Of a stretch of 64,000 bases of DNA, positions 55,247 through 63,550 are shown in pieces (positions within the stretch are counted from its first letter, which is position 1; every line of letters starts with the position of its first letter). Source of the stretch: Octopus sinensis (lineage: Eukaryota); the NCBI RefSeq assembly GCF_006345805.1, contig NC_043012.1, positions 1,674,001 through 1,738,000 on the forward strand, in the 5' to 3' direction. A program made the translations under genes and the position numbers. The notes beneath the pieces were generated by a model. It saw only the letters and a list, made by a program, of their open reading frames with translations. It made no database searches and was not told the DNA's origin.

Positions 55247-58200
55247 GTATAGGTGATTGACAGGTAGGCCAAGGTAGCAATCTTGTTCATAGCGCCCCCT
55301 CTTCCTGGTGCGAAGGTTTGTACCACCAAACAGCTGGTCGGCTCTGGCTGCTGGAACTGAAAGTAACACAACACAGTTGGAAGGCAGGTTTAGAGAGGGC
55401 GCAAGTCAAAACTACGTGCCCTTCCCCTCCATTGGTCAGCTGAAGCTTAGACAGTGTTGCATGACGGTCAGCTGTTGCTGGCTGCTGGAGCCTACCAGCG
55501 AGTATTTAAAGGGAAATTTGGCAGGATGGTCATTCGCCTGCTGACATTCATTGATGCTGCATTGGAGAAACCAAAGAACAAGAGAAAAAAAGAGAAAGAA
55601 GAAATACACTCAACACCAGAGCTGAAGACATCACCGAAAATGGGGGCCCCGCCATATCGAAAACGGTAGAGGAGTAGGGGCCGAAACCAGATGTGGTTCC
55701 TCCTGGTGATGTCTTTCACCAGTGGATCCTATAAAGGAGCTGTTGAGGTAGCAAGCCACCAAACGTGGTTGGAATTCCACCTAGGGAGAGAGAGAGAGAT
55801 GTATCATCATCATCGTTTAGTGTCTGCTTTCCATGCTAGCATGGGTTGGACGGTTCAACTGGGGTCTGGGAAGCCAGAAGGCTGCACCAGGCCCAGTCTG
55901 ATCTGGCAGTGTTTCTACGGCTGGATGCCCTTCCTAACGCCAACCACTCCGTGAGTGTAGTGGGTGCTTTTTACATGCCACCGGCACAGGTGCCAGACGA
56001 GTATGCAAATATAAAATAAACCAACTTACGACAATGATGTGTGTAACAGTGTTCAAAGCAGCATCACTTCCCATAAGTGTCCTCAGCAATACTCCAGTGG
56101 TGCAGAAAATCAACAAAGTTCGTGGCGACACCCTTGCAAATGAAAGAAATGAAAACTCTATAAATTACACTAAGTATACAAAGAAAACTCCCTACTCACC
56201 GCCACTTAATTACTTTCGACTAGATAAAGGTGTAAAAAATAATTTGCCTATATTGTTCATGGTATAGGTTCCCCACCTGGACGGGATGCTGGTCCGTCGC
56301 AGGTGAGCTGCAAGATGCAGGAGGAAAGAGTGAGAGAAAGTTGTGGCGAAAGAGTCAGCAGAAGTTCGCCATTACCTTCTGCCGGAGCCGCGTGGAGCTT
56401 AGGTGTTTCGCTCATAAACACACATATCGTCTGGTCTGAGACGAGAACCCGCGATCCATCGACCACGAATCCGCTGTTCTAACCACTAGAGCAAGGCTAT
56501 AGTAGAAGACACCTGCCCAAGTTGCCACGCAGTGGGACTGAACCCAGAACCATGTAGTTCATAAGCAAGCTACTTACCACACAGCCACTCCTACACCTAT
56601 GATGTGAAAGTGTTGTAACTAGAATAAAAATGGGTGGGAAAAGTTCAAAGAGCTATTATCTCTGCTAGTAACACAGGGATTATCTATCCTATTCGAGGGT
56701 AGATTGTATGGTGCTTGTGTATAAAGTGTGATGTTGCAGAGCAGAAAAACATGGGTATATTGAATGCAGAGGATGTGAGGAAGTTGGAGAAAATAAGACA
56801 AACATACAAGCTGAATTTGTAATGTTAATGCATCTGGAAGCTGAAGCATGAAGGAGATGAGAGAAAATAGGGGTTTGAGACGAATTAGAAGACTGCACTG
56901 GTACAGACATACGTTGTGAGTTCAAATTCCACCGAGGTCGACTTTGCCTTTCATCCTTTTGGGGTCGATAAATTAAGTACCAGTTAATGTTAATGCATCT
57001 GGAAGCTGAAGCATGAGAGGAGATGAGAGAAAATAGGGGTTTGAGACGAATTAGAAGACTGCACTGGTACAGACATACATTGTGAGTTCAAATTCCGCCG
57101 AGGTCGACTTTGCCTTTCATCCTTTTGGGGTCGATAAATTAAGTACCAGTTACGCACTGGGGTCGATGTAATCGACTTAATACCTATGTCTGTCCTTGTT
57201 TGTCCCCTCTATGTTTAGCCCCTTGTGGGTAATAAAGAAATAGGTACAGACATATGACACATATGAAGGATGATAGTGTAAAGTAATGGAAACAGTCGGA
57301 ACTTGCAGAAGCAAAAGAGGGATAGACATAAGAAGTAGAGAAAGGTGACACAATTCTGGAAAAGATACATAAAATCCATACAAAAATGGAAAAACAAAGT
57401 ATAATTATGATGACACTGATGATGATGAACATGGCCGAGTGGTTAAGGTGATGGATTAGAAATCCATTGGGATCTCCCTGCATAGGTTCGAATCCTATCG
57501 GCAACGTTAATAGTTTCACTGGCAGTGCCCCAGCATGGCCACAGCCTTAGGACTGAAAGAATAAAAGAATACACATATAAGAATATGTATTTATGTGTCT
57601 TTTGAGCCTACAGTGTAAAAATCTACATCCAGTTTGTGGTTCTTACTTGCTTTCAAGACGTATCTGATAGCCGACAATCTGGCCAATCTTTTCCCCTCGC
57701 TCAGCAGAAACTCTCTCGGCAATAGATAAGGCAGCAATTCTGCGTGGTTGGGCACAGAATATTCTACACAGCTTCCCTTTATTGTGGTGGTCATTCAGAA
57801 TTATTTGTGGCACCTAAAGTAATATGAGAAGATAGAGAAAGACACGTTAGGCCAATGGATTAAACCGTAAGGTCAGATCAACAAATGGATTATCTGGAAG
57901 AATTAGATCAGTAGATCTTAATGCTTTGTATTCCACTGTCACCTTTTATCAAAAACGACCCCTTTGCAGCTTTTGCAAGAAAAAAACAACAAATTATTTA
58001 AATGATACAAAAGTTAATTATTTTCTTATGTTATCCCAAATGGTAATTAGCAGAGGCATTAGAGCCAGACAGACTGCTTTGCAGTAATAACTGAGATTCT
58101 ATCAGCTCTGAGTTCAAATTCCACAAAGGGCAACTTTTCTTTTAATCTTTCCAAGGTCAATAAATCAAACACCGGTCCTGTACTGTGGTCAATATTTCCT

Positions 58201-61200
58201 TTCTCTAACCTCTTTCTGTGATTTTGCTGTTCATCTCTTTCTCACTGACTAGGAAGAAATTGACTACAGCCAGAACAGGAAACAGGATTGGCTGCAGCAG
58301 GTTAAAAAGTGCACAAAATATGCTGGCTGTATATCACGATGGTGCACCTAAGATTCCAGCAATGTGTTAAGGGCCCATGATATGGATTGGTAAACTCACC
58401 CATCCAGTGACACCTATTAGATATTTGCATGGAACGGTGTTAAACTTTTAACAAAACTATTAAAGAAAGCAAAGATCTAAATGATGAAATTACAGCTGTT
58501 CCCTGGTAACATAAGGTCCTGTCCAGTTCATATTTTAACCCTCAAAAAGACTATGTTTGAAACACAAGTACAGTGGTGCCTTGATATACGAGTTAATTTG
58601 GTTCCCAGAGACAGCTCGTAAAGTGAAAACTCGTAAAGCAGAGCAATAATTTCCCATAGTAGTAATGTTATAAATCAGAATTTGTTCTCAGAAAAATATT
58701 TTACCTGTAAAATTTATAATACTCATAAATAAATGGCAATAAAACAAAAGTAGAATGTAAAGAATATTTTATGTAAAGTAAAAAGAATATTAAGACCATC
58801 TATAATAAAAATTATTATTATTATTATAATCATTTTCTGAATCCCTTTCACTCACACTAGACTCCCGTACACCATCACTTGTAGACACGATCGCCGATTC
58901 ACATGCTCTCGTAGACGGACAAAAGAAACAGTCTCAAGTTGTTTGTTTAGAAGAAGGTTTCTTTTTGCTCTCTATAAATTTCTCAGTAACATGCAGAAGC
59001 ATTTGTTATGGTAGTAGAAATTTTTGCATTTCATTCAAATTTGAATCGTGTGCTTGGAAAATAAAACTTGTAAACCCAGGGTTTTGTAAAGCAGGTCTTC
59101 ATAAACTAAGGTTTTATTGTATTTTTATCTGGTTTAAATATTTTATTTCCAACAAAAAAAAAATTAAGGCACTCCAACTTCTAAACACCCAGCAACCCCT
59201 TGTGATCTCAGAACATTTCCAAGAGTGTTTTACAGCCCAAGGTAAGAACCACTGGATTAGATGGGCAGAAGAGAGAGACGGATTAGTAACCAAAACAGAT
59301 TAGAGAGGAGGGCTTGACAGGAAACTCAGGCAAATGAATTAGATCACCCTCATACAGATGCAGATTTTCTATCACCAGATGCCCTTCCTCTTGTAAACAT
59401 CCACATGTTTCCAACGAAAGTAATGTTTTCCTCAGTCCTTTGAATACAAACAGTATAATGGCTGGACATGATATAATGGGAGACTGCAAATAAACGACAC
59501 TGCTTGTATGAGAGTGACATTTATTTACAGCCAGTGATTCCTGACTGGCTCCCATGCCAGTGGCATGGTCAATGCCAGGTCCGCCTGACTGGCTCCCATG
59601 CCGGTGACACGGAAAAAGCACCATACAAATGTGGGTGATGCTAGTACCCACTGACTGGCTCCCTTGGCAGTGACACGTAGAAAACACAGTCCGAACATGG
59701 CTGATGCCAGTACCCCCTGACTAGCTCTCATGCTAGTGGCACGTAAAAAGCACCATCTGAACGTGGCCGATACCAGTACCTCCTGACTGGCCCCCATGTC
59801 AGTGGCACGTAAAAAGCACTATCCGAACGTGACTAGTACAGGCCCGCCTGACTCTCTCCTGTGCAGGTAGCACATAAAAAGCACTCACTACACTCTTGGA
59901 GTGGTTAGTGTTAGGAAGGGCATCCAGCTGAAGAAACATTGCCAGATCAGATTGGAGCCTGGTGCAGCTGCAGGCTCTCCAGACCTCAGTCAAACCATCC
60001 AACCAATGCCAGCATGGAAAGCGCACGTTAAATGATGATGATGATGAAGATGTGTGAAGCTAAGTAAAATTGCTGTTCATCCATACATATAGGTGTGTCC
60101 TTTGCAAGTGCCGATGCCACATAAAATGTACTTGTGCTGGTGCTGCATAAATGCACCCATGTTGGTGGCGCGTAAAAAGAACCCAGCACACTCTGTAAAG
60201 TGGTTGGCATTAGGAAGGACATCCAGCCATAAAAAAACCCAAGCCACAACAAACAATTGGAGTCTGGACAGCTCCTATCAAACAGTCCAACATCCGAACG
60301 TGATCAATGCTGGCCTGCCTGACTGGCTACTGTGCCGGTAGCACATAAGAAGCACCCACTACACTCTCGGAGTGGTTGGCATTAGGAAGGACATCCAGCC
60401 ATAAAAAAACCCAAGCCACAACAAACAATTGGAGTCTGGACAGCTCCTATCAAACCGTCCAACATCCGAACGTGATCAATGCAGGCCTGCCTGACTGGCT
60501 ACTGTGCCGGTAGCACATAAGAAGCACCCACTACACTCTCGGAGTGGTTGGCATTAGGAAGGGCATCCAGCCGTAGAAACATTGCCAGATCAGATTGGAG
60601 CCTGGGGCAGCTGCTGGCTCTCCAGACCTCAGTCAAACTATCCAATCCATGCCAGCATGGCCACTAAATGATGATGATGATGATGATAAAGCCACAGGGC
60701 TTCTTTCAGTCTGTGTCTAACAAATTTACTCACAAGGTCTGAGAGTTGGGGGTCACAAGGCCTGGGCTATAACAGCCACACAGTAGGACTGAATTCAAAA
60801 CAATGCCATTGGGAAGCAACCACACGGTGGTTGGGGATGTCCAATTCCACTAAGATACTGAAAGTTGTTTGCTCACAGGGACAGTGCTGTAGCATTTGTA
60901 GAGGGATACAACCTGTTTAATTCAAGCAACTCACCAATCTGCTCAATACATATGAAGATTGAGATTCTTCAAAGTAACACAAATAAGGACATCTGTTCCA
61001 CTGCCTCTCCATTCTGTGCAGCCCCCACCCCCCGCCACTTAACTAATGTCGATCACTTCTTCCTTGAACCACATTCATGAATATATAAGACTAGCACTAT
61101 GACCCGGCGTTGCCGGGTCATAATGCTAGTGCATGCATATACAGCTGCGTGCATGCGCAAATACACGCGAGTACTGTCCAAATCTCCGACCAATCACAAA

Positions 61201-63550
61201 CAGCTAGCTGGCATTCAATTGGCATATCAAGTTTCGGGCATTTTGATTGGGTTTTGGATAGAAAATTCACAAAAAAGTCACTTCTATTGACTTTTTAATG
61301 ACTTTGCGGGGTGACTGGGGAAATGTAAAGATGTGCACGACCACCCTTGGATGGTTTTGAGTGACCATAGAAAGTGCAAGCCCTCTAACTGAAAAATTAT
61401 GGATTTGTATAAAGGACACATACGCAGACATTTTGCCGTTTATATATATAGAGATATTTATTCCTATTATGACAACTACTATTACTAACTCACACACAGG
61501 TAATAAAGGTAAAGATATGATGGGGTTCTGAAAAGTTCCTGGCTTTAAGGGTATCGTGAAAGGCCTGGTTGGAGGCCTAACCTTCCTAGTTCTTTTACAG
61601 GGTTTAGAAAAACTGAAGGACTGTTGCATAAGTGTGTGAATCTGAGAGGGGAATATGTTGAATAAAATCATAATTAGCTGATTATCCTGTATTTTCTTTT
61701 ACTCAAAGACTAAAACTTTTCAGCACCACCACATGTATATATATATATATATATACACAAGGGGATGCCAAAAAGTTCATAGCTTAAAGGGTATAACAAA
61801 AAGGTCTGATTGGAGGCCTAACCTTCTGAATTCTTTTACAGTACTTTAAAAAAACTGAAGGACCGCTGCAGTAACTGTGTCAATCAGGGTGGGGAATATG
61901 TCGAATAAAATCATAATTAACTGATCTACCTGTATTTTCTTTTACCCAAAGCCAGGAACTTGGCAGTACCCCTCCATACATAAAAATATCATCTAACCTG
62001 GGTGGTTTTTCCAGAACCAGTTTCACCCGTTACTAACACAACCTGGTGGCTGTCCAGTGCTTGTAGAATTTCATCAGAATGTTGGTAGATGGGTAACGTC
62101 TCGCGAAGTCCTGACACTGTAGATTCTCCACTTTTAGGAGGAACCTGTGGCACGCCGTTACTGAGGCGACCAACTGAAGTTTTCATGATGTCTCTGCCTG
62201 GAGAACAAGAAGAACAATCATAATAATAATAATAATAATAATGATAATATGAGCATGTCCCTTAGTGGCTGACGATATGTGCATCTCTGATCACGAGCAG
62301 AAGTAGTGGGGGAGCATCATAACCATGTGTTGAGAGGGATTCTTTGGGGTTTGAATAATTCACCTCTGGAAACATGGGTGTTTCATTCAACATCCTTAAA
62401 CAACCCTTATTCAGGGACCTTTTGAGCGGGATGGGTTACTCGATCTGAAGAAAATTCTAACTGGGCTCCACCTGCAAGGTCATGTGCTGTTTATCTTGAT
62501 ATGAGATCACCATGTCGCGCACATATGGTTGTGATGCATGTGCCTGGTGTACCCTTATCAGACGGGTAGTCATGATGGGTATATTGGGCTTCGTATATTT
62601 TTTTCCCCAGTGTCACTTTGATGGCATGCACTGTTCTCTCACTCAATAATAATAATAATAATCCTTTTTACTGTAGGCACAAGGCCTGAAATTTTTGGGT
62701 AAGTTGATCACATCGGCCCTAGTACTTGACTGGTACTTAATTTATTGACCCTGAAAGGATGAAAGGCAAAGTCAACCTTGGTGGAATTTGAACTGAGAAC
62801 ATGAAGACAAATGATTCTGTCAGCTCACCAAATAATAATAATAATGATTTCAAATTTTGGCACAAGGCCAGCAATTTTGGGGGATGGGGTGAGTCAATTG
62901 CATCAACCTGAGTGTTTAATTGGTATCTATTTTATCAACCCCGAAGGGATGAGATTCAAAGCTGACCTAAGCAGAATTTGAACTCAGAATGTGAAGACAG
63001 ACACAGTACAGCTAAACATCTTGCTCAGCATGATAACAATTCCGCCAGCTAGTTATGATGAGGCTTGGGTGGTTTAGAAGTTGGCTTCCCAATCACATTG
63101 TTTTGGGTCCAGTCCCATTGTCTACGTTGCTGTGCAGTGGAACTGAACTCCGGACCACATGGTTGAGAAATGAATTTCACAACCACTCAGTCATGAATGC
63201 GCAGATGGTATTATTACCAATTCTTGGTCTTTTGGTTAAAGATTGTAGTACTAGGTAAGTTTCATGGTGGGTTGGTGTTAAGAGAAATGAAAAAAAAATA
63301 ACAGCAAAGAGGCACTAATTAGCTGTGTAATAAAGTTAAGTAACGAAGAATTAGTAGCTACTTACCATCACCCAAGGATTTCTCAGGCTTGGGAAATAAA
63401 TCTTGCCGTTCTTTGTTTGTGAGGGGATATCTTTGCATTAGGGTTCTTATGTGTTGTCTTGAGTTCTTTTCCAGGTTGAAAGTGGCAACTTGGCGTTGTG
63501 TGACATTGTTGTTCTTCTTAGTAACAGTAAGGAACCGATTTGAATTTTTC
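6894..63550 (-). CDS. YTHDC2: YTHDC2-like 3'-5' DEAH RNA helicase with ankyrin insert and YTH domain; 31 in-window exons, 5' end outside window
   Basis: Manual exon chaining: all introns GT-AG, phases consistent, 4906 nt, one frame to TAG at 6894-6896. Motifs in order: [20 protein letters not shown], two ANK repeats, FLPG, TNIAETS, QRKGRAGR, HA2, YTH. Colinear with human YTHDC2 as recalled. Confidence 0.97.
8880..9180. repeat. Degenerate ~35-45-bp tandem array (TGAGGCCCAACACT...GAACTCAGCCAC)
   Basis: Repeated motif; single related units near 28850 and 33260. Confidence 0.7.
10132..10360 (-). mobile_element. SINE family A (MetaSINE-like core), young copy; others at 13127, 24149, 27403, 29215(+), 31665, 43611, 50510, 56915(+)
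   Basis: Core GTCGACTTTGCCTTTCATCCTTTCGGGGTCGATAAATTAAGTACCAG recurs many times; 14-bp TSD CCACTAACACAACC at 10118 and 10361. Superfamily name is from memory. Confidence 0.85.
10410..10494 (-). CDS. YTHDC2: YTHDC2 exon: YTH ([28 protein letters not shown])
   Basis: tttcag acceptor, gttagt donor; NPWNDNK motif. Confidence 0.96.
11946..12097 (-). CDS. YTHDC2: YTHDC2 exon: YTH core ([23 protein letters not shown]...AEYSMPGLG...VDWLK)
   Basis: tttcag acceptor, gtaagg donor; manual translation. Confidence 0.96.
12230..12600. repeat. 81-bp minisatellite, about 4.5 copies
   Basis: GCTACCATC at 12231, 12392, 12473 and 12554 (degenerate unit near 12312). Confidence 0.9.
13492..13787 (-). CDS. YTHDC2: YTHDC2 exon: linker and YTH N-half ([37 protein letters not shown])
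   Basis: cccag acceptor, gtagg donor; first cage Trp codon at 13537-13539. Confidence 0.95.
14108..14327. mobile_element. piggyBac-type MITE with TTAA TSD
   Basis: TTAA-CCCTTTCGTTACT ... AGTAACAAAAGGG-TTAA; the paralogous empty site at 62396-62399 has a single TTAA. Confidence 0.85.
15530..15911 (-). mobile_element. Non-autonomous Helitron
   Basis: 5' A|TCTCTCTCTATATAAACGGCAG; 3' GCAACGCCGGG hairpin plus CTAG|T; inserted at AT with no TSD. Confidence 0.8.
16879..17385 (+). mobile_element. SINE-like family C (GGAAGGGCATCCAGC core, (GAT)n tail, tandem 63-67-bp 5' modules); others at 20360, 25600, 32380, 36540, 38790, 44275, 46957, 55805, 59540, 63840
   Basis: Recurrent sequence with a (GAT)n tail, in both orientations. 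Confidence 0.85.
18886..19017 (-). CDS. YTHDC2: YTHDC2 exon: low-complexity linker ([18 protein letters not shown]...KKKDST)
   Basis: ttcttcag acceptor, gtaat donor; phase 1 to 1; supported by phase and composition only. Confidence 0.7.
19740..19836 (-). CDS. YTHDC2: YTHDC2 exon ([29 protein letters not shown])
   Basis: gtcag acceptor, gtaagt donor. Confidence 0.95.
20898..20993 (-). CDS. YTHDC2: YTHDC2 exon ([32 protein letters not shown])
   Basis: ttccag acceptor, gtaaa donor. Confidence 0.96.
21118..21560. repeat. Diverged 68-76-bp minisatellite, about 6 copies
   Basis: AATATGCTATT-like motif at about 21160, 21228, 21304, 21372, 21440 and 21510. Confidence 0.85.
21741..21877 (-). CDS. 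YTHDC2: YTHDC2 exon (…[28 protein letters not shown])
   Basis: tag acceptor, gtagg donor; matches human LKLDEWLHF. Confidence 0.92.
21966..22220 (+). mobile_element. 5'-truncated CR1-clade LINE 3' end
   Basis: [16 protein letters not shown]...FKVSLD resembles the CR1 ORF2 C-terminus; followed by a short 3'UTR and (TAAC)n tail. Confidence 0.7.
23739..23983 (-). CDS. YTHDC2: YTHDC2 exon: OB-fold region ([10 protein letters not shown]...[19 protein letters not shown])
   Basis: tttcag acceptor, gtgag donor. Confidence 0.94.
25293..25469 (-). CDS. YTHDC2: YTHDC2 exon ([25 protein letters not shown]...AGLYPN)
   Basis: ttctag acceptor, gtaagt donor; near identical to human [22 protein letters not shown]. 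Confidence 0.97.
25987..26175. repeat. 21-bp minisatellite, 9 units with higher-order structure
   Basis: GGCAACGATCACGCTCAGATG units; units 2-4 recur as units 6-8. Confidence 0.9.
26333..27096. repeat. ~760-bp GA-rich compound satellite punctuated by GTC
   Basis: Direct inspection. Confidence 0.95.
27113..27207 (-). CDS. YTHDC2: YTHDC2 exon ([31 protein letters not shown])
   Basis: ttctag acceptor, gtcagt donor. Confidence 0.96.
28326..28757 (+). mobile_element. SINE family B (tRNA-like head, CCTTGGGCAAG-type core, internal TA/TG microsatellite, conserved 3' module); others at 1-388, 22829, 33775, 38066, 41878, 51172
   Basis: Multiple near-identical copies in both orientations within the window. 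Confidence 0.85.
29726..29832 (-). CDS. YTHDC2: YTHDC2 exon ([12 protein letters not shown]...[11 protein letters not shown])
   Basis: tgtag acceptor, gtgagt donor. Confidence 0.95.
30970..31135 (-). CDS. YTHDC2: YTHDC2 exon: HA2 ([22 protein letters not shown]...[18 protein letters not shown])
   Basis: ttcag acceptor, gtaagt donor. Confidence 0.97.
31887..32265. mobile_element. piggyBac-type MITE, related to the 14108 element (composite or degenerate)
   Basis: TTAA-CCCTTTTGTTACC start, ATAACAAAAGGG end; internal sequence similar to 14140-14320. Confidence 0.65.
32787..32906 (-). CDS. YTHDC2: YTHDC2 exon ([20 protein letters not shown]...IRNALQLLK)
   Basis: tttcag acceptor, gtaac donor; winged-helix/HA2 region. 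Confidence 0.96.
34287..34392 (-). CDS. YTHDC2: YTHDC2 exon ([15 protein letters not shown]...PELLRLPLH)
   Basis: tttcag acceptor, gtaagt donor; completes QRKGRAGR. Confidence 0.96.
35838..35920 (-). CDS. YTHDC2: YTHDC2 exon ([27 protein letters not shown])
   Basis: ttccag acceptor, gtagg donor; start of motif VI. Confidence 0.96.
37443..37523 (-). CDS. YTHDC2: YTHDC2 exon: motif V ([27 protein letters not shown])
   Basis: cctcag acceptor, gttag donor. Confidence 0.97.
37936..38053 (+). rRNA. 5S rRNA gene copy, probably a pseudogene
   Basis: GCTTACGGC...CCGAAGTTAAGCAACGTCG...GTTAGTACTTAGATGGGTGA...GTAAGC; 5' GCTTAC pairs with 3' GTAAGC; box A and box C recognisable; no T4 terminator immediately downstream. 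Confidence 0.9.
38605..38692 (-). CDS. YTHDC2: YTHDC2 exon ([29 protein letters not shown])
   Basis: tttcag acceptor, gtacg donor; manual translation. Confidence 0.95.
40255..40342 (-). CDS. YTHDC2: YTHDC2 exon: motif IV ([20 protein letters not shown])
   Basis: ttccag acceptor, gtagg donor; manual translation. Confidence 0.95.
40727..41102 (-). mobile_element. Family D SINE with alternative 3' body; sister copy at 30225-30582
   Basis: Same head as 888; the 3' body is nearly identical between these two copies and differs from that of 888. Confidence 0.85.
41338..41513 (-). CDS. YTHDC2: YTHDC2 exon ([30 protein letters not shown])
   Basis: tag acceptor, gtaag donor; matches human DRELLKAYHHSFDDEKVDLDLI. 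Confidence 0.96.
42394..42586 (-). CDS. YTHDC2: YTHDC2 exon: ankyrin repeats ([19 protein letters not shown]...EILELLESY)
   Basis: gtag acceptor, gtaaa donor; ANK insert characteristic of YTHDC2. Confidence 0.97.
44796..44934 (-). CDS. YTHDC2: YTHDC2 exon ([22 protein letters not shown]...IINESIS)
   Basis: Matches human [18 protein letters not shown]; gtaag donor; acceptor at 44934 or 44924. Confidence 0.93.
45299..45871 (-). mobile_element. Internally deleted Helitron carrying a PIF1-like helicase fragment
   Basis: ORF 45375-45707 (AILAPRN...[15 protein letters not shown]...CNGT) matches Helitron helicases; 3' hairpin CCCGAGCAACGCCGGG then CTAG/T at 45299; 5' boundary approximate. Confidence 0.85.
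46068..46105 (-). CDS. YTHDC2: Putative 38-nt YTHDC2 microexon ([12 protein letters not shown])
   Basis: ttttag acceptor and gtaagc donor; phase 1 to 0 bridges to the 44934 acceptor. No sequence homology support; an alternative acceptor at 46132 is possible. Confidence 0.55.
46763..46858 (-). CDS. YTHDC2: YTHDC2 exon ([15 protein letters not shown]...)
   Basis: ttttag acceptor, gtaaa donor; resembles human EKQQTTLTEWYS. Confidence 0.85.
47948..48000 (-). CDS. YTHDC2: YTHDC2 exon ([17 protein letters not shown])
   Basis: tttcag acceptor, gtgag donor; phase 2 to 1 fits neighbours. Confidence 0.85.
48994..49048 (-). CDS. YTHDC2: YTHDC2 exon ([17 protein letters not shown])
   Basis: cacag acceptor, gtgag donor; matches human GRPFEVKEMFLEDIL. 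Confidence 0.93.
50775..50931 (-). CDS. YTHDC2: YTHDC2 exon: motifs II/III ([14 protein letters not shown]...LMSAALN)
   Basis: tacag acceptor, gtaag donor; DEAH-box variant DEIH. Confidence 0.97.
53513..54862. mobile_element. Short Tigger/pogo-like MITE split by the Tc1 insertion
   Basis: TA-CAGTAGTACCTCGGTTTAC... at 53513 is an imperfect inverted repeat of ...AAAACTGAGATACTACTG-TA ending 54862. Confidence 0.65.
53575..54778 (-). mobile_element. Tc1-family DNA transposon (DD34E type), defective
   Basis: Perfect 30-bp TIRs CAGGGGTTGGACAAAATAATGGAAACACCT, TA TSDs. Transposase pieces: HTH and DESSF (54128-54529), FQDDNAP...WSPQSPDL (53662-53973). Premature TAG, frameshifts, catalytic E changed to G. 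Confidence 0.95.
56030..56132 (-). CDS. YTHDC2: YTHDC2 exon: motif Ib ([20 protein letters not shown]...THIIV)
   Basis: aag acceptor, gtaag donor; phase 2 to 0. Confidence 0.95.
57425..57506 (+). pseudogene. tRNA-Ser(AGA)-derived pseudogene
   Basis: D arm TGGCCGAGTGGTTAAGG; anticodon arm ATGGA-TTAGAAA-TCCAT; long variable arm; T arm ATAGG-TTCGAAT-CCTAT. The 5' acceptor strand (ATGAACA) cannot pair with 3' CGGCAAC. Confidence 0.85.
57647..57813 (-). CDS. YTHDC2: YTHDC2 exon: motif Ia (VPQIILND...[36 protein letters not shown])
   Basis: tttag acceptor, gtaag donor. This frame is not in the ORF track; translated manually. Confidence 0.96.
58571..59100. mobile_element. Degenerate Tigger/pogo-like relic
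   Basis: TA-CAGTGGTGCCTTGATATACGAGTT terminus; possible decayed transposase C-terminus on the minus strand near 58930-59000. Confidence 0.4.
61091..61454 (-). mobile_element. Non-autonomous Helitron, second subfamily
   Basis: 5' A|TCTCTATATATATAAACGGCA shared with the 15530 element; 3' hairpin plus CTAG|T. Confidence 0.8.
61518..61978. mobile_element. Two tandem mariner-type MITEs (~210 bp); other copies at 31478-31640 and 52804-52961
   Basis: Imperfect TIRs GGGGTGCTGAAAAGTTCCTGGCTTT / AAAGCCAGGAACTT; shared internal sequence among copies. Confidence 0.7.
61998..62197 (-). CDS. YTHDC2: YTHDC2 exon: Walker A ([11 protein letters not shown]...[12 protein letters not shown])
   Basis: cag acceptor, gttag donor; DEAH motif I. 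Confidence 0.97.
62250..62662 (+). mobile_element. Retroelement-like repeat family E with (AAT)n tail; others at 13830-14490(-) and 46235-46490(+)
   Basis: Three homologous copies sharing a 3' end and tail. Confidence 0.7.
63366..63550 (-). CDS. YTHDC2: YTHDC2 exon: end of R3H and linker ([12 protein letters not shown]...[18 protein letters not shown])
   Basis: tttccag acceptor, gtaag donor; resembles human ANRYLTVKKK...LIQRFPVTNKERTELLPK. Confidence 0.93.

Noticed and set aside
57591-57794. ORF-track 67-aa minus-strand ORF
   Set aside because: Wrong frame; the real exon 57647-57813 is in another frame.
60850-61080. Possible LINE or exon remnant
   Set aside because: Only vague peptide resemblance, with stops in the relevant frames.
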